Shown here in pieces: positions 37,081 through 46,583 of a stretch of DNA of 64,000 nucleotides; the first letter of the stretch is position 1; every line of letters begins with the position of its first letter. The position numbers were made by a program, and so were the translations under genes. A model generated the notes under the pieces. It saw only the letters and a program-made list of their open reading frames with translations, did not search any database and was not told the origin of the DNA. Source of the stretch: Calditrichia bacterium (GTDB taxonomy: Bacteria > Calditrichota > Calditrichia > RBG-13-44-9 > J075); assembly GCA_028284445.1 (NCBI GenBank), contig JANQRS010000052.1, forward strand, positions 22,988 through 86,987. Direction: 5' to 3'.

Positions 37081-38118
37081 ATGACCACACCTGCTGCTTC
37101 CGGGATTCAAGTCGGTTTAGTCGGCTGCGGTAGTATTGCCCAAATTGCTCATCTTCCAACGCTGAAAAAGTTGAAAGGCGTGGAGCTGGTCGCGCTATGC
37201 GATGCTGATATCCGCAAGGCATCTATACTTGCCGACCGCTTTTCCATCCCGAATGTATTTGGTGACATTGAAGAAATGTTCCAGAAATGCAAGCTGGATG
37301 CCGTGTTCATACTGACGCCAAACAATCTGCACCTGCCGATGAGCCTGATTGCCCTGGAAAACGGCGCCCATGTTTTTGTTGAGCGGCCTGCGGCAAGAAA
37401 TGCTGCCGAAACCCGCCGCATTGCAGATGCTGCAAAACGTCATGACCGCAAAGTGTTGGTCGGGATGCATACGCGCTTTCGCCGGGATATTATGTCGCTG
37501 AAAGGGTTGTTGGATCGCAAGATCGTCGGCGACATCTTTTTTGTCAAAGCGGAATGGTTCCAGGCACGACTTCAAGCGATTAAGCAGCCCTGGTGGCTGA
37601 ACCGCAAGATTGCCGGCGGTGGTGTGTTGATTGATCTTGGAATTCAGCTCCTTGATGCCAGCTGGTGGCTGCTCTCCCGCCCGAAATTGAAATCCGTAAA
37701 GGCCCACAAAACCCAGATCAATTCGGACATTAATGTTGAAGATTTTTGCAGCGTCTATATGGAGTTTACCAATGGCCTGAAATTGGCGTTTGATGTCGGT
37801 TGGAGCTTCCCCTTGGAGCGGGACCGTTTTCATGCGGAGCTCTTCGGCAATAGCGGGACATGCACCCTCAATCCCTTTCGTGTGCAACGCCTGTGGAAGG
37901 GCAAAACTTTTGATGAAACCCCGAATATTGTGCAGAGCGGGCGAATTTTGTTCAAGCGCGCCTACGAAACGGAGATTAGCCATTTCATTGGCACGATCAC
38001 CGGCACAATTAAGGATCCGAACGGGGGAATTGATGATGCCGTACATGTAATGGAAATGATTGATGCGATCTACCGCTCTCTTGAAACCGGACGGGAAGTT
38101 GTTGTTAACCGGGATTAG
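37081..38118 (+). CDS. Gfo/Idh/MocA-family oxidoreductase
   Basis: GLVGCGSIA, TPNNLH, HVFVERP (variant of EKP), GGGVLIDLGIQ. Confidence 0.9.
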   Translation: MTTPAASGIQVGLVGCGSIAQIAHLPTLKKLKGVELVALCDADIRKASILADRFSIPNVFGDIEEMFQKCKLDAVFILTPNNLHLPMSLIALENGAHVFVERPAARNAAETRRIADAAKRHDRKVLVGMHTRFRRDIMSLKGLLDRKIVGDIFFVKAEWFQARLQAIKQPWWLNRKIAGGGVLIDLGIQLLDASWWLLSRPKLKSVKAHKTQINSDINVEDFCSVYMEFTNGLKLAFDVGWSFPLERDRFHAELFGNSGTCTLNPFRVQRLWKGKTFDETPNIVQSGRILFKRAYETEISHFIGTITGTIKDPNGGIDDAVHVMEMIDAIYRSLETGREVVVNRD

Positions 38119-38254
38119 ATCTGAACATATCTCCGGGGTCGGGGAACTCAAGACCTGTCAAGGGAATATAAGGAACATTAACGGCTGCGACGACAGGTCG
38201 TGGCTGTTTTGTTTCGGGGGGATTGGCCGCCGGCGATTATGGCAGTGTTGTCTA

Positions 38255-38854
38255 ATGCTGCTGTGCTGGACCGGTGCCGGTGTTTGGGGACAGGAAGTAC
38301 CGGAAAGCAATGAAGAACGATTGATGAAATTGCTCACGCCGCCGGTGCTGGAACTCCTTGCTGACCATTTAACGGATAGCACGGCTGTGCAATTCCATTT
38401 CCCAAACAATAATCAGTTCGGCAGGCGTTTATCGCAAAATTTATCTGATAGTTGCCTTGTTCGGAAATATTTAGTTTATTCAACCGCCGACAGCCTGACG
38501 GTGCCCGGCATTGACGTGGTCATCAGTAACACAGTGCCGCAAGTGCATTATCGGGTAGCCGGGAGAAATTTGCTGCGGCGTGTTAATCGGGTAGACCGTC
38601 ATATTGAGGGCAGTTTCCATTTACAAATGCGAGAGCGGCCCGGCGGGAAGTTGATTGCCAGCAATCAGGTTAAAAAGCAGGCAGTCGATACCATAGAAAA
38701 ACGACGAATAAAAGAAGTGGAAAATTCCGCGTTGCCATTCACCATTGGCAAGTGGGAAACATCAGAAACACGAAAGAAATGGCTGGAACCCATCATGATA
38801 ACCGGGGCTACTGCGACAGTAATTCTTTTATTCTACACATTGAGGAGCGAATAA
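38255..38854 (+). CDS. Hypothetical exported protein with a C-terminal hydrophobic helix; start uncertain
   Basis: The open frame runs from 38060; the ATG near a signal-like segment is at 38255. It ends KKWLEPIMITGATATVILLFYTLRSE, 2 nt before bamD. Confidence 0.6.
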   Translation: MLLCWTGAGVWGQEVPESNEERLMKLLTPPVLELLADHLTDSTAVQFHFPNNNQFGRRLSQNLSDSCLVRKYLVYSTADSLTVPGIDVVISNTVPQVHYRVAGRNLLRRVNRVDRHIEGSFHLQMRERPGGKLIASNQVKKQAVDTIEKRRIKEVENSALPFTIGKWETSETRKKWLEPIMITGATATVILLFYTLRSE

Positions 38855-38856
38855 GA

Positions 38857-39675
38857 ATGTTCAACAGAGTATGCAGTTCTGCTCTTGTTCTGGCGTTGAT
38901 ATTACTAACCTTTGGATGCGGTAAGCGAGTCAACAAACAGGGCTTTGGTCCCGACCAGTATTTTGAATACGCGAAGAAGAAATTTGATGATGGCGATTAT
39001 CTGGAAGCAATTACCGACTTTACTGTCATCGTCTTGAAGTTCAGCGGTGACCCGGTGGTTGATGATGCCCAGTATTTCCTCGGAGAGTCCCACTTTAATA
39101 ATAGCGAATACCTGATTGCCATCTCGGAATATCAAAAACTCGTAAATGACTATCCGCAAAGCCCCTATGCAACCCTCGGCCAGTTCAAAATTGCCTTGGC
39201 ATATTACCGTCTTTCTCCGCGCCCTGAATTGGATCAACAATATACCCACCAGGCAGTGCGTGAATTCCAGAATTTTCTGCAAGACTATCCGGATCATGAG
39301 TTGAAGGCCAATGCTGAAGAATTGATCAAGGAAATGCGCGAGAAGCTGGCGGTCAAAATGATGATGGGCGCAACGACCTATCGCAAAATGGGGATCTGCA
39401 GCTCAGCAAGTTATTATTACGACGCCATCATCGAGAAGTATTACGATACGGAGCAGGCACCGGACGCACATTACTGGAAAGGCGAGTGTCTCTTCAAGGT
39501 TAAGAAGTTTGAAGAGTCTATGTCTGCCTTTACGGTTTACGTGGAGAAATTCCCGGAGCACAAATTTGCCGGTAAGGCAAAGAACCGCATCAGTGAACTC
39601 AGCGATGAATTGGAAAACGCCGACAAGGAAGACGGTGAGAAACATACCGGAATTGATGGCAATAGCCAAAAATAA
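38857..39675 (+). CDS. bamD: Outer membrane protein assembly factor BamD
   Basis: Lipobox LTFGC; TPRs with DDAQYFLGES, YPQSPY, LSPRPELDQQYTHQA, EKLA.K. Confidence 0.85.
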   Translation: MFNRVCSSALVLALILLTFGCGKRVNKQGFGPDQYFEYAKKKFDDGDYLEAITDFTVIVLKFSGDPVVDDAQYFLGESHFNNSEYLIAISEYQKLVNDYPQSPYATLGQFKIALAYYRLSPRPELDQQYTHQAVREFQNFLQDYPDHELKANAEELIKEMREKLAVKMMMGATTYRKMGICSSASYYYDAIIEKYYDTEQAPDAHYWKGECLFKVKKFEESMSAFTVYVEKFPEHKFAGKAKNRISELSDELENADKEDGEKHTGIDGNSQK

Positions 39676-40261
39676 GCGTGTTGGTGTTTTCGGCGGCACA
39701 TTTGACCCCATCCACTTTGGTCATTTGATTGTCGCCGAGGCAATCCGCGAACGCTGCCGCCTCGATACCATCATTTTCCTTCCTGCCCGATTACATGCCC
39801 TGAAAGACAATCAACGCATCGAATCTGCCCAGCACCGCGTAAAAATGCTTCAGCTGGCGATAAAAGGATACCCGGAATTTGTCATGAATGATATCGAGAT
39901 TCGGCGTGATGAAGTGTCCTACACCGTGGATACGATGAGTCGCTTGCGTGAGGAATTTCCGGATGATCAGTATGAGCGCTTCTTCCTGATGGGAAGCGAT
40001 AATGTTGAGCAGTTACACCGTTGGAAAGAGCCGCAACGCTTGTTGGAAACTTGCAGCATCATTGCATTTGGGCGTGCCGGTGTTGCCGAAACCTACCGCA
40101 ATTCTCCTTTTTTTGATCAACTCCAGTTCGTTGATGTGCCCCAAATTGACATTTCTTCTACAATAGTCCGCGATCGCTGCCGAAGCGGTGAAAGCATCCG
40201 CTTTTTGGTGCCCCCGGAAGTCCGCAATTATATCGAAGACAAAGCACTTTATCGCGAATAG
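39656..40261 (+). CDS. nadD: Nicotinate-nucleotide adenylyltransferase
   Basis: GVFGGTFDPIHFGH, SYTVDT, FLMGSD, ISSTIVR. Confidence 0.95.
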   Translation: MAIAKNKRVGVFGGTFDPIHFGHLIVAEAIRERCRLDTIIFLPARLHALKDNQRIESAQHRVKMLQLAIKGYPEFVMNDIEIRRDEVSYTVDTMSRLREEFPDDQYERFFLMGSDNVEQLHRWKEPQRLLETCSIIAFGRAGVAETYRNSPFFDQLQFVDVPQIDISSTIVRDRCRSGESIRFLVPPEVRNYIEDKALYRE

Positions 40262-40270
40262 CACGAATGC

Positions 40271-40340
40271 TGATTTTTTATGAATTTTGATGAGTTTTTG
40301 CCGGTTTTTCGGCATTTTTCGTCAATTTTACTGAATTTTA
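40271..40340 (+). promoter_or_regulatory. Seven T-tracts phased at about 10 bp (candidate intrinsically bent DNA) upstream of the accB promoter
   Basis: tgatttttta tgaattttga tgagtttttg ccggtttttc ggcatttttc gtcaatttta ctgaatttta. Confidence 0.6.
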
Positions 40341-40355
40341 CGCTCAAAATATAGC

Positions 40356-40384
40356 TTGCAAAGGAATAGGGAAAAGCTTATCTT
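40356..40384 (+). promoter_or_regulatory. Putative sigma70-type promoter of accB-accC-gcvH
   Basis: TTGCAA-N17-TATCTT upstream of the GGAGG RBS. Confidence 0.55.
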
Positions 40385-40421
40385 TTTGAGTTACTGTGCA
40401 TGTGGCATTACCGGAGGTCCG

Positions 40422-40889
40422 ATGGATATTCAACAGATTAAGCAGTTAATCAAAATTGTAGAAAAAAGTGATATTGGCGAACTGGAGCTGATCGAAGAAG
40501 GTCGCAAGATTCGCATAAGTAAGAGCAGTAAGTTGGCTGCCGCCAACGGTGCTCCGAATCCGGTGTATATGCCGCCGCCGGTACAGGCGGTTGTGCCAGA
40601 TGCGCCGGCACCGGCTGCAGCAGATGCCGCACCGGCTGTTGACAAAGATAAATACCACGAAGTGTTGTCACCGATGGTCGGGACATTTTATCATGCGCCT
40701 TCCCCGGATGCAGATCCCTATGTGGAAGTTGGGCATTCCGTCAATCCCGGCACGCCGCTCTGTATTATCGAAGCGATGAAGCTGATGAACGAAATTCAGT
40801 CGGAGCACAAAGGGCGCATCGCGAAAATTATGGTCGAGAATGGTCAACCTGTTGAGTATAACCAAGTCCTCTTCTTAATCGAAAAGTAA
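40422..40889 (+). CDS. accB: Acetyl-CoA carboxylase biotin carboxyl carrier protein
   Basis: MDIQQIKQLI, Ala/Pro linker, SPMVGTFY, biotinylation motif EAMKLMNEI. Confidence 0.96.
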   Translation: MDIQQIKQLIKIVEKSDIGELELIEEGRKIRISKSSKLAAANGAPNPVYMPPPVQAVVPDAPAPAAADAAPAVDKDKYHEVLSPMVGTFYHAPSPDADPYVEVGHSVNPGTPLCIIEAMKLMNEIQSEHKGRIAKIMVENGQPVEYNQVLFLIEK

Positions 40890-40941
40890 CGAATCCGGGA
40901 AACTGACAGACATTGAATACGACGATTGGAGGTAAGGGCAG

Positions 40942-42312
40942 TTGTTCTCAAAAATCCTGATCGCAAATCGCGGCGAAATCGCCTTGCGCATCATACGTGC
41001 CTGCAAGGAACTTGGTGTGAGGACCGTTGCTGTATACTCGACTGCTGACGAAACAGCAGCCCATACAATTTTTGCCGATGAAAGCGTTTGTGTTGGTCCT
41101 CCTGAAGGTGGTAAGAGCTACCTGAATACATCTCACATTATTTCAGCCGCTGAGATTACCAATGCCGATGCCATCCATCCCGGTTATGGCTTTCTTTCTG
41201 AGAATGCCGAGTTTGCGGATATGTGTGAATCGGTGAATCTGGCATTTATCGGGCCCAGCAGCGACGTGATTTCCAAAATGGGCGATAAAGCAGAAGCCAA
41301 AAAGTCGATGGTTGCGGCCGGCGTGCCGGTTGTTCCCGGAAACAAAGGGGTTTTGACAAGTGAAGAAGAAGCCCTGCGCATTGCTGGTGATATTGGCTAT
41401 CCGGTGATCCTCAAGGCAGTTGCCGGCGGGGGCGGTAAAGGCATGCGCATTGTGCGCGATAAAGAAAGCCTCGCAAACAGTTTTATGATGGCCCAGGCGG
41501 AAGCGGAAGCTTCCTTTAGCAATCCGGACCTCTATATCGAAAAATACATCGAAAATCCTCGCCATATCGAGATTCAGGTTTTGGCAGATAAGTTTGGCAA
41601 TACGCTGCATCTCGGGGAGCGGGAATGTTCGATTCAGCGAAGACACCAGAAATTGATCGAAGAAGCACCCTCGCCGGTTGTTGATGAAAGCATCCGCAAA
41701 AAGATGGGTGAAGTTGCCGTTCAAGGTGCCCGATCTGTGGGCTACGAAAGCGCCGGCACCATTGAGTTTCTGCTGGATGCTCAAAACAATTTCTACTTTA
41801 TGGAAATGAATACCCGTATCCAGGTGGAGCATCCGGTTACCGAGATGGTATACAATGTCGATTTGATTAAGCAGCAGATTCGTATTGCGGCGGGTGAGGA
41901 AATGCCGTTCACACAGGCTGACATGCGCGTGCGCGGTCATGCCATTGAGTGTCGCATTAATGCTGAAGATCCGGCAAATAATTTTATGCCGTCTCCCGGC
42001 GAGTTAACCAATTTGCACTTTCCCGGTGGACCGGGAATTCGTGTTGACACTCATATCTACAACTCTTACCGGGTGCCGCCGTTTTATGATTCATTAATTG
42101 CCAAACTGATTGTTGTGGCCCGTACTCGGGAAGAGGCGATTCGCCGTCTTAATAGAGCACTTGATGAATTTGTGATCGAGGGCGTGAAAACCACGATCCC
42201 TTTTCATAAATATGTTATTAATACGCCGGAATTTAAGTCCGGGGATTTCGATACGCACTTCCTTGAAAAAATTTACGATCAGGCCAGAAGCGAGATCGTC
42301 CTGGCAAGCTAG
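40942..42312 (+). CDS. accC: Biotin carboxylase
   Basis: [62 protein letters not shown]. Confidence 0.97.
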   Translation: MFSKILIANRGEIALRIIRACKELGVRTVAVYSTADETAAHTIFADESVCVGPPEGGKSYLNTSHIISAAEITNADAIHPGYGFLSENAEFADMCESVNLAFIGPSSDVISKMGDKAEAKKSMVAAGVPVVPGNKGVLTSEEEALRIAGDIGYPVILKAVAGGGGKGMRIVRDKESLANSFMMAQAEAEASFSNPDLYIEKYIENPRHIEIQVLADKFGNTLHLGERECSIQRRHQKLIEEAPSPVVDESIRKKMGEVAVQGARSVGYESAGTIEFLLDAQNNFYFMEMNTRIQVEHPVTEMVYNVDLIKQQIRIAAGEEMPFTQADMRVRGHAIECRINAEDPANNFMPSPGELTNLHFPGGPGIRVDTHIYNSYRVPPFYDSLIAKLIVVARTREEAIRRLNRALDEFVIEGVKTTIPFHKYVINTPEFKSGDFDTHFLEKIYDQARSEIVLAS

Positions 42313-42325
42313 AAGAGGAGCCAAA

Positions 42326-42703
42326 ATGAGCAATGTTCCTGAGAACCTGAAGTATACCAAAGAACACGAATGGGCGCTTATTGAGGGCGATGTTGTGACT
42401 GTTGGTATTACCGATCATGCCCAGAGTGAACTGGGAGATATCGTTTTTGTCGAACTACCTGCCGTTGGAACAGAAGTCGTTCGCGATGAAGCCTTTGGTA
42501 GTATTGAGGCTGTCAAGGCCGTTTCCGATCTCTACGCGCCGATTTCCGGCGAGGTGGTTGAAGTCAATGAGGCGCTGGAAGACGCCCCGGAAACCGTCAA
42601 TGAAGATGCATACGGCAGCGGCTGGATGCTGAAGATTAAAGTATCCAATGCGGCGGATTTGGATTCCTTATTAAGTAGCGCTGATTATCTGGCGCTCATT
42701 TAA
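42326..42703 (+). CDS. gcvH: Glycine cleavage system H protein
   Basis: YTKEHEW, GITDHAQSELGDIVFVELP, lipoyl motif EAVKAVSD, PETVNEDAYGSGW. Confidence 0.96.
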   Translation: MSNVPENLKYTKEHEWALIEGDVVTVGITDHAQSELGDIVFVELPAVGTEVVRDEAFGSIEAVKAVSDLYAPISGEVVEVNEALEDAPETVNEDAYGSGWMLKIKVSNAADLDSLLSSADYLALI

Positions 42704-42737
42704 GCGCTTTTCATATCTTTACCTGGATTTATTTAGT

Positions 42738-43715
42738 ATGGCAAAAGTTTTGCTGGTTGATGACAATGTGGATATGCTCGAGACGCTTGAGCACCTATTC
42801 ACATTTTATGATTTTGAAGTAGCCCGCGCGGTCAACGGCGCGGTTGCGCTGGAAATCGTCAACGACGAAAACCCGGATATCATCATTCTTGATGCGCTAA
42901 TGCCGGTTATGAATGGATTTGACACTTGTGAGCACCTGAAGACCGACCCGGAAACCCGCGATATCCCCATTATCTTCCTTTCCGCAAATTATACCGAAAA
43001 AGAACACCGTCGCAAAGGCCTGGAATTGGGCGCCGACGACTACATTTTGAAGCCCTTTAATGCCCAGGAACTGATTGGGAAAGTCAATTTTATCCTGAAA
43101 CGGCAGTCGCTTCTGGCAGGCATCCGCGCTGAAAATGATGCCTTTCTGAAGGAATTTGAACAGGGTGCTGCGGAGGCAGAACGTGATCATTTGACCGGCT
43201 TACTGGCTGATTCGGCCTTTCTGCATGATTTGCGGAGCAAATTTGAGGCGAGCAAAGACGGCGGTAGTGAATTGAGTCTGCTGATGCTGGATGTGGATCA
43301 CTTCAGTAAAATAAGCGGTGCGTTTGGTGATGCCACCGGGAACTATGTTCTTAACAAGATTGTGCATATCCTACTGCGCCACGGGCGTAAACAGGACTAC
43401 CTGTATCGGCTGGATCGCAATCGTTTTTGCATCTTAATGGCTGATACCGGCGAGAGCATCGCATTTAGCGAAGCGGAAAAGTTGCGCACCGCTATTGAGG
43501 GCGCCGAGTTTCTCGAGCCGGAACTTCTGGAATTACATCCGGGAGCCAGCAAGCGGAAACTGACGCCGCAGAATATAACTGTCAGCGTAGGTATTGCCAC
43601 AGCTGCTGATAGTGCCAGCGATAGTCTGCTGCTAAAGTCGGTAGAGGAGGCGCTGGGCCGGGCAAAAGCGACCGGTCGAAATGTGACGATACGGACCTCG
43701 GAAACTATAAACTAA
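42738..43715 (+). CDS. Response regulator with a degenerate GGDEF domain
   Basis: REC domain (LVDDN, LDALMP, FLSA, DDYILKP). DHLTGL, DVDHFS.I...G...GN and TVSVGIA mark a GGDEF fold, but the active site reads DRNRF. Confidence 0.85.
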   Translation: MAKVLLVDDNVDMLETLEHLFTFYDFEVARAVNGAVALEIVNDENPDIIILDALMPVMNGFDTCEHLKTDPETRDIPIIFLSANYTEKEHRRKGLELGADDYILKPFNAQELIGKVNFILKRQSLLAGIRAENDAFLKEFEQGAAEAERDHLTGLLADSAFLHDLRSKFEASKDGGSELSLLMLDVDHFSKISGAFGDATGNYVLNKIVHILLRHGRKQDYLYRLDRNRFCILMADTGESIAFSEAEKLRTAIEGAEFLEPELLELHPGASKRKLTPQNITVSVGIATAADSASDSLLLKSVEEALGRAKATGRNVTIRTSETIN

Positions 43716-43741
43716 TCAAGCATTGATTGGCAGGGATCAAG

Positions 43742-44473
43742 ATGGCCCACAAACTTCTTATTGTAGACGACAACGAACATGTCCTGAAGCTATTACGAAT
43801 CAGCCTGGAAAAGGCAGGATACGAAATATATGATGCCGGAAACGGAGATGAAGGCCTGGAACGGGCTATTGAGGTACTACCGGATTTGATTATTTCTGAT
43901 GTAATGATGCCGCTGACAGATGGCATTGAGTTTTGTTGGATGGTTCGCGAAAACAGCCCGATTCCAATGGTGCCTTTTATTTTTCTTACCAGCCTGGAAG
44001 ATCAGGAAATGGAAATCCGCGGCTTTCGGGCCGGGGCCGACGAATATTTGGTGAAGCCGGTTGATCGCAAGGTTTTGCTGGAGAAAGTAGAAACGCTGCT
44101 GGAGCGCGCTTCAAAAGTAAAAACAATGGATGGTGGCCAGGCTGCGGAAACCCCCAAGGGCTTCGAAGGGAATATGGCTGATCTCTCGCTGGCTGAAGTG
44201 ATTCAGCTGCTCAATTTGAATCAACGCAGCGGTACCCTTTTTGTCGAAACGGATGAAGCCGGTGAAATTATTTTCCATAGCGGCCAGATGCTCTTCGGGA
44301 AATATGGCGCGCTGACCGGCGAAGAGGCGATCTACAAAGCAGTGCCGCAGAAAAATGGACGTTTTCGCTTCGAGCCCGGCGAGAAAGAAACCGAACGCAA
44401 TATCCAGGGGCCGACGATGAATGTTCTCCTGGAAGCATGCCGTCTGGCTGACGAGCGAAATCAACCAAGCTAA
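43742..44473 (+). CDS. Response regulator with a C-terminal DUF4388 (PATAN-like) domain
   Basis: REC domain (IVDDN, SDVMMP, FLTS, EYLVKP). C-terminal GNMADLSLAEVIQLL..QRSGTL..GEEAIY..GRFRF..LLEA.R..DE. Confidence 0.85.
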   Translation: MAHKLLIVDDNEHVLKLLRISLEKAGYEIYDAGNGDEGLERAIEVLPDLIISDVMMPLTDGIEFCWMVRENSPIPMVPFIFLTSLEDQEMEIRGFRAGADEYLVKPVDRKVLLEKVETLLERASKVKTMDGGQAAETPKGFEGNMADLSLAEVIQLLNLNQRSGTLFVETDEAGEIIFHSGQMLFGKYGALTGEEAIYKAVPQKNGRFRFEPGEKETERNIQGPTMNVLLEACRLADERNQPS

Positions 44474-44504
44474 GCGGCGATAACTGTATTTCTGTCATCA
44501 TCTC

Positions 44505-45413
44505 ATGAGTCGAATTTTTTCACATACCACATGCCGTACTTGCTTCATTTCCGTCCTGGCTGTTTTCCTTCTAACTTTCTGCGCCCCTGAAACTGATTTA
44601 CCGGCAAAACGGACCGTTCAAATTGCCTATTCCGGCAACCTGAACGGTATTCTCGACGATTGTCAATGTGGTGGTGAACTTGTGGGTGGCGCAACGCGTA
44701 TTATCACCGTTGCCCGGGAGCTTCGTGAAGGCAATGCCGATCTGCTTTTGCTGGATGCCGGCGATTTCTTTAGCAGTTATTCGATGCCGCGTTCAAATAG
44801 TGTTATGCTGGAGCTTGTTCGTCAGGCCGGGTTTGACGCGCTGAACCTTGGTGACCAGGAATTTGTCCAGGGCGTGTCCTTTTTGCAGGAACATCAGGAA
44901 AAAGCGCAATTGCTGTCATCGAATATCCGTTTCGCGAATAGCGGGATTGATAGCATGCTTTTTCTCTCTCGCAGCGGGGTTGAAATTGCTGTTCTGAGCA
45001 TGACCGATTCCAGCTGCTTCTCTTTTATCGATAAGGGAGGTTTGCAGGTTCTTGATGTTGACGAGCAATTGCGCCGCTTGCAGTCACCGGCTGAAAGTCA
45101 GTCGGATATGCAAATCCTGCTGTTGCACGCAGAACGGGAGCGTGCTTTGGAACTGGCCGACAGGCACGATTGGCTGGATCTGATAATTTTGGCGCATAAC
45201 CAGCGCCAGGACTACATGGCTTTGCCGTCTGTGACTATCGTCGAAGCCGGCGTAAATGGAGAGCATTTGGGGGTTGTCTCGATGACTCAGGTTGATGGCG
45301 ATTGGCAAAGCGAAAATCGATTTATTCCCATCACCCGCGAGATTGCCGAAGAAAAAAACGCCTATTTGCTGGTCCAGGATTATTATCGAACTTTGTCAAC
45401 TGGATACCGTTAA
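44505..45413 (+). CDS. UshA/5'-nucleotidase-like metallophosphoesterase-fold lipoprotein with a CxC motif
   Basis: Lipobox LLTFC; SGNLNG..DCQC...GGATR, LLDAGDF, DALNLGDQEF, LILAH. No C-terminal 5'-nucleotidase domain. Confidence 0.7.
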   Translation: MSRIFSHTTCRTCFISVLAVFLLTFCAPETDLPAKRTVQIAYSGNLNGILDDCQCGGELVGGATRIITVARELREGNADLLLLDAGDFFSSYSMPRSNSVMLELVRQAGFDALNLGDQEFVQGVSFLQEHQEKAQLLSSNIRFANSGIDSMLFLSRSGVEIAVLSMTDSSCFSFIDKGGLQVLDVDEQLRRLQSPAESQSDMQILLLHAERERALELADRHDWLDLIILAHNQRQDYMALPSVTIVEAGVNGEHLGVVSMTQVDGDWQSENRFIPITREIAEEKNAYLLVQDYYRTLSTGYR

Positions 45414-45449
45414 GCGTATCGCCTAAGTAATTTTACGTGATTCTGTTGT

Positions 45450-46583
45450 ATGACAAAAATGAATACACTTCTACAGCCGATTCGTTCCGTGCTTGCCAGA
45501 GTCGGTTTTTTGCTGTATTTGGGAGGCAATCTCATCATACACTTCTTTTTTAAGAGCTGGTTTGGCCGTCTCTTACTTTTAACTGCCTTACTTGCTGTCG
45601 TTGGACTCACCTTCTTTGCCGGACTCTTCAGTGAAGTTGATCCGGAAAAACAACCGAAAATTTCTGTTCAAATCCCGGCCGGAGCCTCTTTTCGGCAGGT
45701 TGCTGATTCACTTGACAGGCACGAACTGCTGCGATCCCGCGACCTGTTCCTGCTAATGGGAAAGCTGAGCGGTAAAGAACGCAATGTGAAAGCAGGCGTG
45801 TTTGCCATTCCGACCGGGCTCAGTGACTGGCAATTGCTCGATTACCTGGAAAATGCCCGTGCCGCCCAGATCAAGGTGACGCTGCCGGAGGGCATTTTAT
45901 CGAACCAAATGGCCGGTATCCTTCAGAAAAAGATTGGAATTGACTCAACCCGCTTTGTTCAACTGGTGAATGACATCGCCTTTTCGCGAAGCCTGATCGG
46001 CGGGCCCTCGCTTGAAGGGTATCTGCAGCCGGAAACCTACTATTTTGAGTGGAAGACGCCGGAAAAGAAACTGATTGAATACCTCGTTGGCAGGACCCTG
46101 GAAATTTTTGAGCCCGACAGCGTGCAGAAGCGGCTTTCTGAAATGGGCTGGACCCGTCATGATATCGTGACCCTGGCAGCGATCGTGGAAGGCGAAGCGA
46201 TCGTCGATAGCGAGCGGGTGGATATTGCTGCGCTCTATCACAATCGCCTACGTAAAGGATGGCGTCTGCAGGCCGACCCAACCATCCAGTTTGCGATTCC
46301 CGGTCCGCCAAAACGACTTCTTTATAAAGACCTGGAAATCGATTCTCCGTATAACACCTACAAATATGCCGGTTTGCCACCGGGCCCGATCAATAATCCT
46401 GGCAAAAAATCTATTTTAGCGACGTTATATCCGTCCTCAGTTGATTATCTTTATATGGTTGCAGTGGGGGATGGTAGCCATAAGTTTTCAATGACGCTCC
46501 GTGAGCACAACTATTGGCATAAGCGTTTCAATGAGGTGCGCCGGCGCGTTCGCCGTGAACAACGTCAACGTCAGGCTCAGTAA
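45450..46583 (+). CDS. mltG: Endolytic transglycosylase MltG
   Basis: N-terminal TM; TLPEG, LEGYLQPETY, LAAIVEGE, LQADPT, SPYNTY..GLPPGPINNPG. Confidence 0.93.
   Translation: MTKMNTLLQPIRSVLARVGFLLYLGGNLIIHFFFKSWFGRLLLLTALLAVVGLTFFAGLFSEVDPEKQPKISVQIPAGASFRQVADSLDRHELLRSRDLFLLMGKLSGKERNVKAGVFAIPTGLSDWQLLDYLENARAAQIKVTLPEGILSNQMAGILQKKIGIDSTRFVQLVNDIAFSRSLIGGPSLEGYLQPETYYFEWKTPEKKLIEYLVGRTLEIFEPDSVQKRLSEMGWTRHDIVTLAAIVEGEAIVDSERVDIAALYHNRLRKGWRLQADPTIQFAIPGPPKRLLYKDLEIDSPYNTYKYAGLPPGPINNPGKKSILATLYPSSVDYLYMVAVGDGSHKFSMTLREHNYWHKRFNEVRRRVRREQRQRQAQ

Noticed and set aside
37195..38151. 318-aa minus-strand ORF (likewise 34966-35697, 41143-41940, 49981-50745)
   Set aside because: Antisense to clear genes (Gfo/Idh/MocA, mutS, accC, TPR) with no independent evidence of coding.
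44505..45413. Selenocysteine recoding in the UshA-like gene
   Set aside because: Both Cys codons of the CxC motif are TGT and there is no in-frame TGA.
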